Shown here: piece by piece, positions 13,881-27,500 of the stretch
Position numbering within the stretch: the first letter of the stretch is position 1
How the letters are laid out: every line of letters starts with the position of its first letter
From: Eledone cirrhosa
Taxonomy: Eukaryota
Length of the DNA: 64,000 nucleotides
NCBI GenBank assembly: GCA_964016885.1
Contig: OZ024740.1
Coordinates: 69,688,001-69,752,000, forward strand
Reading direction: 5' to 3'
Notes under the pieces: generated by a model
Told to the model about the DNA's origin: nothing
What the model saw: only the letters and a program-made list of their open reading frames with translations
The model's database searches: none
Program-made: the position numbers and the translations under genes

Positions 13881-14785
13881 GCGATTCTGCCAATCCACCA
13901 ACAAAAATAATAATAGAAATTACAACACCCATAATGTTAATTTAGGGTAGCCTCTTTGGAAAGCAACATTTAAACGTTCTCTTTCATGTTTAAATGTATA
14001 CACATTTTACAGGTCCAATTGTATGTCTGTTGCGTTTTTTTGAATTTTGTTGTCGATTATGATAGTGCAGATGATGATAGTGTTGATGATGATGGTAATG
14101 TTCTTCTTGCTATGATACTTATTCTAATACTTGCCAATGTTATGTTTTTTCATTCGTTCTTTTCGCTAATTTTTCTTTTCTTGCTTTCTATCTTATATAT
14201 TTTCTTTTCCTACCAATATGGTAAATATTCCAGACCTAAACGTAGAGACAATATACCGGTTTTTTGCGACTTTAATTAACGTTGAATAATTTCTTTTACA
14301 TAACTCTTTATCAAGTCTATTATAATTTACTCCCGAAAAAAAAAATCAATATTGCTTTTATTTTTTCGCTCTTCACCCATTTGTGGAACAGCTGAAAATG
14401 ATTAAGTATCCTTTATACATTTTTTCTGAAGTCACAATTTTAAATGGCAATTTTTTTTTCCTTCTTAAGGCATAATATGTTAATCAGGTTCAAGTAGTCT
14501 TGTCAGAACGCCAAGTGAAAGATCTACAATCCTTATTTCATCACAGACGCTTAATGTTTTAATACATCTGATTTAATTATATTAAATCTGTTTATTTTGG
14601 TGTGGCCATCGCTAAATGTCCCGGTTCTGTGAGTTCTGAGTTCAAATTGTGCCTCCTGTCATCAGACATCTTGTAATAAAAGTGGCGCCTCTTTGTAGTA
14701 AATCAGCAGCCAGCGATTAGAATGAGCTATAATGAAGTCAATGCTTCACTTCCCTAGGGGGTTGTTTGAAATATAACTTGTATAA

Positions 14786-14836
<51 letters not shown>

Positions 14837-16844
14837 TATACATGTGTGTGTGACTATATATATATACATTTTTCACCGATATATTTCTGCCTACGGTTTA
14901 AACAATATTGGCGAGAAAACAAAAGCATAAATGATAAACACACTACCCCGGTCTAAATACCCAGTTCCCTTTATTTTCTTTCGTAATGCTTGAGTCAAAG
15001 TTCTTTCTAGGACATATATATCATTCGGGATACCAGGAATCTACATTGCAATACGTAGGCGTGGCACAGGCTTTATCACCCTCTTCCATCCATGCTAACG
15101 TTAGTCTTCAAGGTTATGGATTGATCAAAGTATGGATTGATCTTGGCCTCAGCGGCGTTACAAATCAACTCAAACGAGACAAAATAAATGAAATTGAAAA
15201 GGATACTAATGCTCTAACAATTCCACCAGTTCACCATTCTAGACGACTATTTTATTTATCAACCCCGAAAAAAATGAAAGGCCTCGTTGATGACAGCAAG
15301 ATCTGAAATAAGAAATACCACAAATACAACGTAAAGCAATTGAATCGTGTTACTCACTTCGTATCGTTCAGTACAACATTTGGTTTTCTGCCAAAGCCTT
15401 AGAAGGTTATGTATCAGAGGGACTGATTTAAACGGTAGTACACTAAATGCCGTACGCAAGATCGTACTAATTAATTAAATCATTCTTCTTGGTTGGAGAA
15501 AGAAAATAAAAGCCTTGCGGTGATTGTTTGCAGCTCTTTGAGAAAAGGTAGAATACTTTCAAAATTTAGGATTTAATCTCAATGTCAATTTACATATTTA
15601 GCGAAATCTAGACTGGCCATTTTGTTTGCAGGCAACGAACAAGGGTAGTACAGTGTAAACATCAGTGTACATAGAACAGTTGGGAATGATTTCTGCCCAG
15701 TATAATTTGCATACTTAAAACTGAATGAGTTAAGGGAAATAACTCAAATACGCCAGTGGCCTGGATTTAGATAATTAATTAAGTTAAAGCGTGGTATACT
15801 GAATTCTAATTGCAAAATAATTACTAATTAATTGAAATTTCCTTTTTAGTTGGAAAAATAAAATAAATACCTAGCGGCTATTGTTGGCAAATCTTAAAGA
15901 AAAAGAGAGATAATTTCAAGCAATTAGGAATGAATCATTGAATGTTAATTCACGTAGTTTCATGAAAAATTGACTGATCTTTGTTTGCAGGCAAAAGACA
16001 GTTATTCACGGAACGAATCAGAAAAATTAGAAATTAGAAATAAAATACATAAATATACTGAAAAGTTATATAAAGCAGTGAGCGTTAAAATGAAATACAA
16101 TAAATTTATTTTCCGCTTTAAGCCAGTGGGACATAATTTGAGGGGGATTTCAGTGTTATTTCATGCTGGTGGTGTCATCTTAATACGGCAGGCGTCAAGT
16201 GTTAATATCTTTTTCAATGTACAATTCCTGCACACGATTTGATTTGACTTTAAATGAATTAATTATTTACTTAAAAATCAGTTTCAAAGTTTCTCAGGTT
16301 CTATATTAGTAAGAGTTACTTCAATGATTTCAAGCTAAATGTAACTGCGGTTGTGCCAGTATTCATACTTTTTAAGTATTAAGCTTTCCGGTTCTTACAT
16401 TTCATCATGCTACCTGTCTTTTCAATGAGGTACACCATATTAAACATCCTTCATATTATCTGGATATTCTTCAGTGAATATGAAAGTGTAACCTCCTCAT
16501 CATAATACATTTGTTCTTCGTCAATATATAAAGCCAAATAAGGTATGGAATGATTTTATAAACGAAAGAATAGAGCATTGAACTTATGTCAGAAAGATTA
16601 AATATATTAATAATGTGAGGTACACCTAGTATTACTTACGTTTCTCATAATTAGAGAATACGTCATCAGAGCTTTGAACATCAAAGAATGGTATTAAGCA
16701 TTATTTAGAAAGCGTGACTCACTTATTATTAGCATTATTGCATCCAAAAGATCAGTCGTAGAGTTGGGTCTGTGAAAGCTAGCAGTAGAACACATCTAAA
16801 TCAAAGTGTTAATATGAAATTGTCTTCCCTACATGTGTTTTACA

Positions 16845-16878
<34 letters not shown>

Positions 16879-16900
<22 letters not shown>

Positions 16901-17915
16901 CAATAAAAGATTAAAGTTTAGGCAGTGAATCGCTAGTGATTAAACTTTAATCTGTTATTTTAATAAATACTAGCAGTAAAGTCCGGCGTTGCTCGGGGTC
17001 GCTCAGTGGCTGTGTTAAAGTTACAATGTTAAGTTTCTTTCTTGGCTTAAAAACTGTAGTGTCTACTGTGCAGACTTGCATGTGGTGTTTTTGATTAATA
17101 TTCCCTCAACCAACAATATGCCTTATGAAGTTAAGAAAACATAACGATAACCCGAATGTTATAACAAAAGAGGATGCTGGCGATAGAAACTGCACTGGTT
17201 ATTTATTAACAAAGATCGAAAATGTAAACACTGCAACGCAGAGAAAAACATTAGCGTAACCAAATTATGAGTTATGTCTGTCTGCACGCCTATATCACCT
17301 CTCTGCACGACTGTCTGTCTGCACGCCTATATCACCTCTCTGCACGACTGTCTGTCTGCACGCGTATATCACCTCTCTGCACGACTGTCTGTCTGCACGA
17401 CTGTCTGTCTGCACGCCTAACGACGAAATATTTGCTTGTTTTACGTAGTATTTAAATAGACTTGTTTTCAAGTAAAAATATTGTTTTAAAATGCTTTTAA
17501 ATGGAAATGAAGCAAAACGGAAGCTTAGTGTTCGAACTGATGAATTTTGCAGGTCAATATTTTGCTGGCTCGTAATTTTTTACGTAAGACGCTCAATGTA
17601 AACAGAACAAAGGGAAATAACTGATAACTTACGCTCAAAAATCGATACATTATATTCGATTTCGTCAGATAGAGTGGGTCAATTTGAAATTTTTTTTTCC
17701 GATGTCTTCGCTAGGGCTCAATGTACAAGTATAGCAATTTCGGTGCAATTCCGTGAGAGATTCTAAGAGGAGATGTGTGCCAAAAATCGATAGACAGACA
17801 GACAACCACAGTTTTATATATATAGATATGCTCTATGGTTCTTATATATGTGATATATATTTATCCTTATCGTGCCCTCTTTGAATTTTAGTCTTCACAT
17901 TTATTATTATTATTA
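16879..17915 (+). mobile_element. Fold-back element family A, copy 2, split by a Helitron
   Basis: Hairpin AGATTAAAGTTTA..TAAACTTTAATCT at 16889-16953. Removing 16970-17826 rejoins sequence colinear with 12190-12300. Confidence 0.65.
16970..17826 (-). mobile_element. Non-autonomous Helitron
   Basis: Minus strand starts 5'-TC, ends with hairpin CCCGAGCAACGCCGGAC followed by CTAG-3', and is inserted between A and T. Internal ~36 bp minisatellite at 17276-17418 and (GACA)n near the 5' end. Confidence 0.8.
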
Positions 17916-17984
17916 CTAATAAAGTACCAGTAATGCACTGGGTAATTGCTGGCCTTGTGCCTAAAGTAGAAACAATTATTACTA

Positions 17985-18035
<51 letters not shown>

Positions 18036-18071
18036 ACGGGGTACTGAATACCGAAGTAAAGTTTTAATATT

Positions 18072-18176
18072 AATTTTATTAAGGCTGAATAGTGAGTCTT
18101 CTTACTCAGGAGTTTCACCTGACTAGGTGAAACTCTAGAGTAACAAGATTCCCTATGTAACCTTAATAAAATGAAT
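18072..18176. repeat. Small fold-back with partial hammerhead (GAAA-CTCTAGAG-TA)
   Basis: TTTTATTAAGG/CCTTAATAAAA outer arms and a GAGTTTCACC/GGTGAAACTC inner stem; lies between (TA)n tracts. Confidence 0.5.
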
Positions 18177-18187
18177 ATATATATATA

Positions 18188-19184
18188 CTAGCATTAAAGC
18201 CCGGCGTTGCTCGGGGTCATTAAGTTACCAAAGTTAGGTTGCACCACCCATTTTATGGCAGCACTTTTTTGTCTGCCAGGCACTGGGTGAATGAATTGCA
18301 GACCTGGAAGCATGAGCTGCTCCAGCAATGACAATTGTAGTTTCGCCTTTCGATATTATCTCTGTGCAAAAAAGTGTTGAAATTTATTGTTTCACAGTAC
18401 TTGCGCAACACGCGCGTAGACGATGCCAGCCGAACAACAGAGCTGCGATGGAGTTGTTCTGCATGGTTGTCTGTGTGTTTTCTAAATTTAAGACAGTAGG
18501 GAGGGTTGTGATATGAGGGAGAGTTAGCTGTTGATTCTAGCAGGTTTAGTGACCTCATAGAGGATATGTGTTTTTTAAATTTAAGACAGTAGGGAGTGGT
18601 GTGATATGGGGGAGAGTTAGCTGCTGTTTCTAGCAGGTTTAGTGACCTCATAGAAGATATGTTTTCTAAATTTAAGATAGTAGGGAGGGGTGTGATATGG
18701 GGGAGAGTTACCTGCTGTTTCTAGCAGGTTTAGTAACCTCATAGAGGATATGTGTTTTCTAAATTTAAGACAGTAGGGAGTGGTGTGGGGAGGGGTGTGA
18801 TATGGGGGGAGAGTTAGCTGCTGTTTCTAGCAGGTATAGTAACCTCATAGAGGATATATGTTTTCTAAATTTAAGACAGTAGGGAGTGGTGTGAACGGAC
18901 AGTATCACCATCAAGCTTGGAAAGAGAAAGTAGCAGAAAGTATGAAGTTGTATAGATTTTGAATGGTAGTGGAAAGAGTTCAGCAGTTTAAATGAGAGAG
19001 AAAAATCGTAAAATATTGAGTTTTATCTATTTTTTGCGTAATTGTGGGTGAAATTAAAAAAATTATCTGCGTCAAGACGCAATCGAAACTATTTCGAATA
19101 CTGAATTGGAAATTTCAATTGAAGAAATTCTATATCGTAGATTTCTATAACGAAGGAGCATGACCACACACTGAGCTTTATAGA
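18188..19184 (-). mobile_element. Non-autonomous Helitron (second family, same 3' end)
   Basis: 5'-TC ... CCCGAGCAACGCCGGG hairpin plus CTAG-3', A|T insertion site; ~90 bp minisatellite (about 4.5 units) at 18475-18895. Confidence 0.8.
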
Positions 19185-19199
19185 TTATGATAATTATAT

Positions 19200-20075
19200 T
19201 TTGCTCTGACATAGCCGTATACATATAAGTATATGAATTTCGCATATGTAATAATATACGGTATATTTACGAATAAACACTTAAAAACCCTTCCAGCTAT
19301 AAATATTGACCTCTATTGCCTTCTAGCGGATTCCAGCAGAATCAACGGGGTCAACTGCCAATGCATTTCGGGCTATGGCCATCTTCAGAACAGTGTTTCC
19401 ACTGCTGTCTGCTGGAGTCAGTCAAAGCAGAACTCCAAATGTGTAACAACTTTTCAAAATAGATCCCAGCCAGATCCTAAAAATATCGGACCAACCGAAA
19501 ACACTTGGGGATGGCAAATAAAAGACGTAAACTCAAAATAGTATCATCGATGGTAGATAGTAATGGAAATTAGCTGCCCAGCAGATGCCAATATAATATC
19601 AAAGATTAGCGAAAAGGAGAATATGTATGCAGAACTGATGAGAAATCTGCAGATACTCCAGCCTGATTACACCTTCAGATTTATGCCTGTGATTATTGGG
19701 GCACTGGGGTATGTTAGTAACTGCATCCATACAAATCTTGAGAAGCTAGGCTTCACAGAAACAGAAAGAACACAACTAGTTAGGAAATTACAAGTACAAT
19801 CCATTAATGGAACAGTAAAAATATGTAAAACATTCCAAAAATGTTGCATCTAATAACTGCATATACACATGTACAGATGCAAAGCATATACACATGCACA
19901 CTTACAATTCAAAACATACACATCCACACATCCAATAACATCCATATCTACACATACATGCATACATAATCTACCTAGTTGATATTGTGTAAATTCCAAT
20001 GAGAGAGTCTTGTGTCTATTAGAAACCGTCTCTCTCTATTGGGAAAAAATGTGTGCAATTATAAAACCAGAAGAA
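19200..20075 (+). mobile_element. 3' fragment of an R4/Dong-like RLE non-LTR retrotransposon
   Basis: MEISCPADANI..KENMYAEL..FMPVIIGALG is a restriction-like endonuclease C-terminus. The 3' UTR ends ATAAAACCAGAAGAA followed by (CATA)n. Confidence 0.75.
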
Positions 20076-20088
20076 CATACATACATAC

Positions 20089-20700
20089 ATGGTGGCTGCT
20101 AACACGTTTTCGAGTACGGCCACTACTTTATATCCATGTAGGAGAACTCCTACCCATGCGCTGAACGAGTGTGACTTTTTAGTCCAGCCAGCGACTTGAA
20201 AACTCTGGTACAAACACTACACTTGTTACAATTATTGACACAGAGTGCCGGGCCCTTGGTACCATGTGACGACAAGTGCAGAGAGATCTCCAGATATAAA
20301 GCAATACCTGTGCCGTCAAGCTTTTATAGTGAGCAAAGGCACAGCACAAAGCCAGTCCCACTCTCTTAACCAAGATGATATTTACCAAAAAGTAGAACAA
20401 GTCAACATCATTGGAAACCATCAGAGTTGCAGGTGTTATATCAGAGTTTTCCTTCTGCTAGAATTCTGCCTTGACAAAGGCTAAGGCGTCATCTCTCCCG
20501 GTGATTTTGGATGGCCATTGACTCTTAAGAGCTCCTTCGCCCTTTGACAGGTTTTGTTTTTAGTCCTGCAGGATGTCCAAAGTCACCCTCCTCACCAAGA
20601 AATCTTGGTGGGGTTGTCAGTTTAGTCGCCAACGACCCGACTATGAGACAGGTTGCACTGGGATACATGTTACCAGTAGCACCAACTGGTGACCTGATAT
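20089..20700 (-). mobile_element. RTE-derived non-autonomous element, copy 3 (longest)
   Basis: Identity to the other copies; flanked by (TACA)n on both sides. Confidence 0.8.
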
Positions 20701-20738
20701 AATACATACATACATACATACATACATACATACATACA

Positions 20739-20770
<32 letters not shown>

Positions 20771-20779
20771 CATATATAA

Positions 20780-23700
20780 ATGGCGACCGTTGTGGTCAGT
20801 GTCCGATAATCGGACGTGTGTAATTACGGCTTACATGAAGGCAACATACCATATATTGGAAAAAGTTGAGCTACATTACGCGGTAAGATTACATACAATA
20901 ATTCTACATAAGTGTTTGAACTGTGTGTTGTAAAACACCTATTTATATGAACGATACATACACTTATAATATATGAACGATACATACACTTTAACATATA
21001 AATGCAACTTGTTATATTACATTTATAAAGAAATATAAAAGTAACGTTTTCGATTCAGAAACAAAAACATAAGTGTTTGAACTGTGAATATGTTGTGAAT
21101 GAGTTGTAGAACACCTATTTATATGAATGATACATAAACTTTAACATATAAATACAGCGTTGTTATATTATATTACATTCATAAAGAAATATACTAAGTA
21201 ACAGTTCTTTTTGTTCTCGATTCAACCGATTCAAGAACAACGTTTAAAACACAGTTGTAGAATTAAAAACTAACTGAAAAGAAATATTACCCAAGCTGTG
21301 AATAACTTTGAATTTGATTCTGACAGAACTTTGTCAGAAGATCATCGACTATTTTGAAAAATAAATACGAAATATTAGTGAATAGACGAACTCATCATGG
21401 CAAAAAGTACAAGTCTCCTTCGACCAAATCGCAACTACAACCGTTGTATACAGTGGAGCTACGAGCTTAACAAAGTATTATATGAAGCATACAAACAATC
21501 TGAACCCCAAAAGTTCGGTTTTATGCAAAGGCTAAAAACTTTATGGAACTCCAAACACCCAGAATTAGACTTTTCTCCAAAGCATTTAAATGAACAGGCA
21601 AAACGTATCATTAGATGTAAATTGATACATCTAACGGAATTGAGTGATACTACAAATACATCCCTTGTAGACAACCACCCCACCTCCACTGACAGACAAA
21701 GAGAATGGCCAGCTAAATCTAACAGTGAACAGCTCACCAACAATTTTGCTGAAATCCATCCCACTTCCACTGAAGAACAGCGAGAAAGGTCAGCTAACTC
21801 TAGTAGTAATTGTCACCACATAAACAACGAGGCTGAAATTCATGACTCTACTGAACAAACAGAGCACCAAAAACTTGTGGACACCCTACAAGTGATATGA
21901 AACGATATGTTTCAAGAGATACACAGCCTTAATGTGAGTGACAGACCATACAACACCAGAATCAGTAAAGAACCCACTAAATTGGAATTGGAAGCGGTGA
22001 ACGAAATAGCTGGCAATTATCTGAAGGCTATACGATCTAAAGGTGTAGAAACGACATTTGAAACGCTTAATGTTTTGTTATATATTACAGCTGTCACATT
22101 GCTATCATATAACACATCTAAAACCACGCAATCAAGATACAAACAGAAAGCCTGAACCAGCGTTGATGCGAAATTTAAAAACCAAAATGTTGTCCCTGAG
22201 ACGAAGTATCTCACACATCACAGTCGTTATGAAATTCAACATAGAGAGCAACTTCACACGACACCAGGAAGACCTAAAGAAAAAGTTAGAGAGACGATTT
22301 GGAGATACAAAATTTAAAACTTTGAACTCCAAATTACACCAGTTGAAACAACAACTCACAGCTACAACAGAAAGACTAAAATATAAGTCAACAGCACATA
22401 AACGACAAGTGCTAAATAGATTGTTTGCCAGAGATCCTAAATCAGTTTATCGCAGCTTCGATGGCAAAAGCTCAATCCCTGTAAACGACAACCCTTCAAA
22501 AGAACAGGTTGAGAGCTACTGGAGATCTGTATGGGAAACGGATGACGGACTCAACAGACAAGCTAATTGACTAAAAGAACTGGAACAGGACTACTGCCAA
22601 CATGTCCAGAAATCTAGAGATGAGCGGCCTGACAATACAACCTCTGCAGTCAGGTGACAACTACAGATATCTTGGACAGGATGAGAATGTCAGATATGAT
22701 GGACCCATAAATAAGGAGAGAACCAGAACTGAAAACCTCAGAAGAGTAAAGAAAATATGGTCATCAGAACTGTCAGCATACAACAAATATATTGCCCACA
22801 ATACTTATGCTGTGCCAATTCTAACGCCAACATTTGGCCTGCTGAACTGGTCATTGCAAGAACTGAGTGAGATGGATGTTAGAACTCGAAAACTTCTCAG
22901 TGTTACTGGGAACTTTAACATCAATGGTGATGTGGATAGGCTATACTTCTCACGCAAGGAAGGTGGCCGGGGTCTAAAATCAATATTAACAACATATGAG
23001 ACCCGGATAGTAACACTGAGGCAACACCTTCAACAGAGGAAAAAGGTTGGCAACCATCTTGCCTAGGTTTATGAGCATGAAAAAAAATATATCATTAGAA
23101 TAGCGACTGATCTGGAGGAGAGATATGGAATAAAGCCTGATATAAATCTCTCACCCAGAGAAATCGGAAGATTCTATTCAATGTTCAAACAAGATAAAAA
23201 AATTGACCAATTTACAGAAAAAGTTGTGCATGGATACGTGAGGCGTAAAACACAGACCATAGAGGGGATAAACCACTCAAAAAGCCTGGCATGGAGTTCC
23301 GACAAGTTTATGACATCACACCTTGAGGGATATCTCTATGCAATACAGGAACAAGAACTCCCTACCAAATATCTGCTGCATAAAAGGGGAGGGCCAGCAG
23401 CTGACAATAAATGTAAGCTATGTAAAACAAAGATCGAGGATGTAAGCCACATTGTTGCCAGCTGCGAAAGAATGTCATCTCGCTCCTACCTCCCCATGAG
23501 ACACGATGGGATAGCTAGAACCATCTGGATCGCACTTCGGAAAACAAAATTAACAACAAACGAGGGAGAATATATTGAGACAGATGGCACTAAGGAATAC
23601 TGGTGGAACCTGAAAATAAAAACTGCCACCAAATTAAAGCACAACCGGCCTGATATTGTTGTTTGGGACCACACATTGAAAACGTGTTCTGTTGTGGAGA

Positions 23701-24065
23701 TCAGCTGCCCACTTGATGTAAACGTTGTCAGAAAAATACAGGAGAAGGAGGACATCTACGGACCATTGATGAGGAGTTTACAAATCCAGTATCCAAGATA
23801 CACCTTTAGTTTATACCCATCATTATTGGAGCTACGGGTTATATACCAACCCGCTTGGACCAAAGTATGACTGAACTTGGATTTGCGGACAAAAAGCGCA
23901 GCTCCCTAATTCATAGTCTACAAATGGCTGCGATAGCTGGCACCTTCAAAATTTGCAAAACCTTCTTGCGATTCAAGGGATTACAATTTCTTTTCTTTTA
24001 CAACCTTGCCACCAGGAAGGTGGCCGGTCAAAAAAAAAATATAGTCGAAATTAAGAGAAAGAGAC
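20780..24065 (+). mobile_element. R4/Dong-clade RLE non-LTR retrotransposon, decayed, with the RT core deleted
   Basis: ORF pieces 21397-24000 give N-terminal W..E.N..L, YW..VWE, YRYLG, DVDRLY..RKEGGRGL, AIQEQEL, a CCHC knuckle CKLC..HIVASC, RHD and RPDIVVWD..VEISCP (PD-D/ExK endonuclease). RT motifs 1-6 are absent at a junction near 22610. Confidence 0.85.
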
Positions 24066-24599
24066 ACATATACATACATACATACATAAATTATAAAACC
24101 AGAAGAACATGCACGCAGATACAAACATATAACACACAGGCACAAACATATATTTGGATATATATAGACACATTATATTTAATTTTGCGTTGCATCAAAA
24201 TATTATGGAAGTCAACTCGTGTCCGACTATGACCATTTTCCAGATATAACTCTAGCAGGATGGAACAACATAGAAATTGATTCATATTAAGGCTTTCTAT
24301 AATTGATTTTCTCTCCTTGTACATTTTTAGATGGCCGATGGCTCTCATGAGTTTCTGTGCTTTTTAACGTGCTTTGTTTTTCATCCAGCAATATGACCAA
24401 AACCTCATCGCTAAGCTTACGTTATAGCACACCTACTTAGGTTCCTTTTTCTATCCTGGTGTAAATGTGGGTTGCTTCGTGTTTGAAGATATACATACAG
24501 ACATACACACTCGTATGCAAATGAGGCTTATCAGATATTCAGCACGTATCGAAAGGTCCTTGGTGTTCTCAGTAGGCATGCTCAATATATATATATATT

Positions 24600-27500
24600 G
24601 TCATGACTTAGTTGTCATGACTCCCAGGTCTGCCCTGGCTCGGGGTGGTAGTACATGTTAGGGCTCCATTTATGGGTTAAATAACTACCTTATTCGAGTG
24701 GCGCCGGTAAGGTATTGTCAGCCATTGAAAAGAAATATGGAGAGTCGATCTAACAGCACTAGGGTTAGAGCCCCTAATTACACTGTCAAGGAGCAGCCTG
24801 GTCGTTATGACTCTGCTGGCTTAGAGCCACAGAGAGGGCCAGTGGATGATGGATCAGCTGTCTCTGAGACAAATATAAAGAATGCAGTTTTGTCCTGCAG
24901 AAGAGCCATCAAAATGGGCACTTTGAATGTGAGGACTATTCGAACGCTGGAGAAGAGAGAGGAGTTGGGACATCTGTTCGAGGAGAGTGGTATACAGATA
25001 CTTGCGATCCAAGAACACAGGATTCTACATGATGAGCCCGTGAGGAGTGTGATGATCGGGAGGAAGAGCCAGCTCATCACTACATCGGCAGTGAAGAACA
25101 CAACAAATGCTGCAGTAGGAGGAGTGGGTTTTGTGTTCAGTGCAAAAACCAATCTGTTGGTGAGGGAAATAATGCCTATCTCCCCGCGAGTGTTGAGGGT
25201 GACTTTCAATGGAAACCCAAGACTGACAGTCATCTCAGCCTATAGTCCAACCGAGGGGGACAGTGATGTGAATGCCGAGGAGTTCCATGAGGAGGTGTGT
25301 GGGGCTCTCAACACCACTCAGGCACACAATATCCTGCTTGTTTTGGGGGACTTCAATGCACATCTGAGTAAGGAGGGCAGTGAAGATCCTTGCTGGTACT
25401 TCCATAACAACACCAACCGAAATGGAAGACTACTGAGAGACACCCTGCTGGAGGCGAACTTGATGGCAACCAACCTAAGGTTTAGGAAGAATCTGGGGAA
25501 GATGTGGACCTACATCTCAGATATGCACCTGTCCAAGTCCCAGATTGATTTCATTCTGGTGAGGAAAAAGTGGCGGAATAGTGTTCTGAACACGGAACCA
25601 TACAGCTATTTCAGTACACTGGGTAGTGACCACCGGCTTGTTATGAGTGAGGTCCGCGTGAGCTTAAGAAAGAGCAAGGCTCAGCCCCGGAGAACAATCT
25701 ATGACTGGGGAGCTTTCAAGGAAGATGATAAGCTACAGGAGAGGTTCACAGTGGAAGTGAGAAACAGGTTTAGTGCTCTGTGTGGAGAGTCAGAGGAGAG
25801 AGAGATTGGATGGACTGAGGAGAGTGTGACGAGGAGGTACGGGCACTTCACCAATGCAGTGGCGAAAGCAAGTGAAACCCTGGTGCCGAGGAAAAAGAAC
25901 AAAGGGAAGCACGTCAGCTCTGCAACCCCAAAAGTGTGTGCAGCCAGAGAACACCTGAAAGCTGCCAGGGACCAATTCTATGCTGATCCTACGGAGGAGA
26001 GGATGGAGACTGTGGAGGTGATGAGGGAAGAGCTCTGTACCGCTTACACTGAGGTCAGAGAGGAGGCACTGATAGAGAAGATCAGAAGTGTGGAGAGAGA
26101 GGTTGACAGATCTGGATGTAAGGAGAGCTGGATGATCATCAACGAGATCACAGAGAGGAAGAAAAGGTGTTCGAGTCAGATCCAGGGAACGGGGCCCGAG
26201 GATAGGAAGAGGAAATGGCTAGACCATTTTAGGACCCTACTAGGAGAGCCACCCTCCACAGCCCAGAGCAGTGGGGAGATCAGGCGGCTGTTTGAGGAAC
26301 TGGATGTTGAGACAGAGCCCTTCACCAGAGAGGAGCTTCAGAGAGCCAAGAAGAAGATCAAGGAGGGCAAGGCTCATGGAGAGGATGGAGTGGCATCAGA
26401 GGTGATGGAGAGGTGTGATTTTGATGATATCATCCTGGGGTTCTGTAACGGGGCACTGGAGAAAGGAATTGCCCCGAATCAGTGGAGGATCAGTAACATC
26501 GTCCCAGTGCCAAAGAAGGGAGATCTCTCTAACACCAACAACTACCGGGGGATCTCACTGACGTCACTTGTGGCAAAGACCCTCAACAGGATGATTCTTA
26601 ACAGGATCCAGCCTGAGATGGAGAAGAAGCTCAGGGACAACCAGAACGGCTTCAGAGAGGGTAGATCAACCACCAGTCACATCCTGATGCTGAGGAGGAT
26701 ATTAGAGGGAGCTAGAGCAAAGTGCCTTCCTGCGGTCATGGTTTTCATTGACTTTAGGAAGGCCTTTGATTCTGTGGACCGTTACTGCCTGATGAAGATC
26801 TTACAGGCTTATGGAATCCCCAAGAGGATAGTGGACCTGATATCACTGCTCTACACCAACACCAAAGCCCAAGTCATTACACCTGATGGGATGACAGAGT
26901 TCTTTGAGATACTGGCTGGAGTGCTCCAGGGAGATACATTGGCTCCCTACCTTTTTATCATCGTAGTGGACTATTGTATGCGCCTTGCACTGGAGAAATA
27001 CCAGGACACTGGCTTTACTGTAGCACCGGCTCAGAGCAGGAGAGTTGGGGCGAAAAAGGTATCGGATGCTGAATTTGCCGACGACATAGTTTTGGTGAAA
27101 AATACAGTGAAGGAGGCAGAGGATTTGATGCGGGAGGTTGAGACTGTGTCGATGAGTGTGGGGCTGAGAATGAATGAGACTAAAACAAAATATCTGGTGG
27201 AGAATGTTGAGAAGCCAGAGGGGATCACTAATGTAGGCGGGAAGCCGCTGGAATTGGTTGAGGACTTCCTGTATTTGGGAGCAAAGATTGGGAATACGGA
27301 AGATGATGTGCTTTGGAGGAAGAGCAAGGCCTGGGCGGCGTGTCACAGCTTGAGATCGGTGTGGAAGTCGGACCTTCGTAGAGACCTGAAAATCCGCCTC
27401 TTCATTGCTGTAGTGGAGTCTGTGCTGCTGTATGGGTCTGAGACTTGGACACTGACCAAGAGACTCACTCAGATGGTGGATGGGTGCTACACGAGAATGC

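Noticed and set aside
13440-16060. Splice-acceptor-like tracts (13452, 15631, 15990) as host exons
   Set aside because: No convincing coding frame or donor pairing; cannot be supported without transcripts
17276-18895. CRISPR-like regular repeats
   Set aside because: Tandem minisatellites without unique spacers, inside Helitrons in a eukaryotic context
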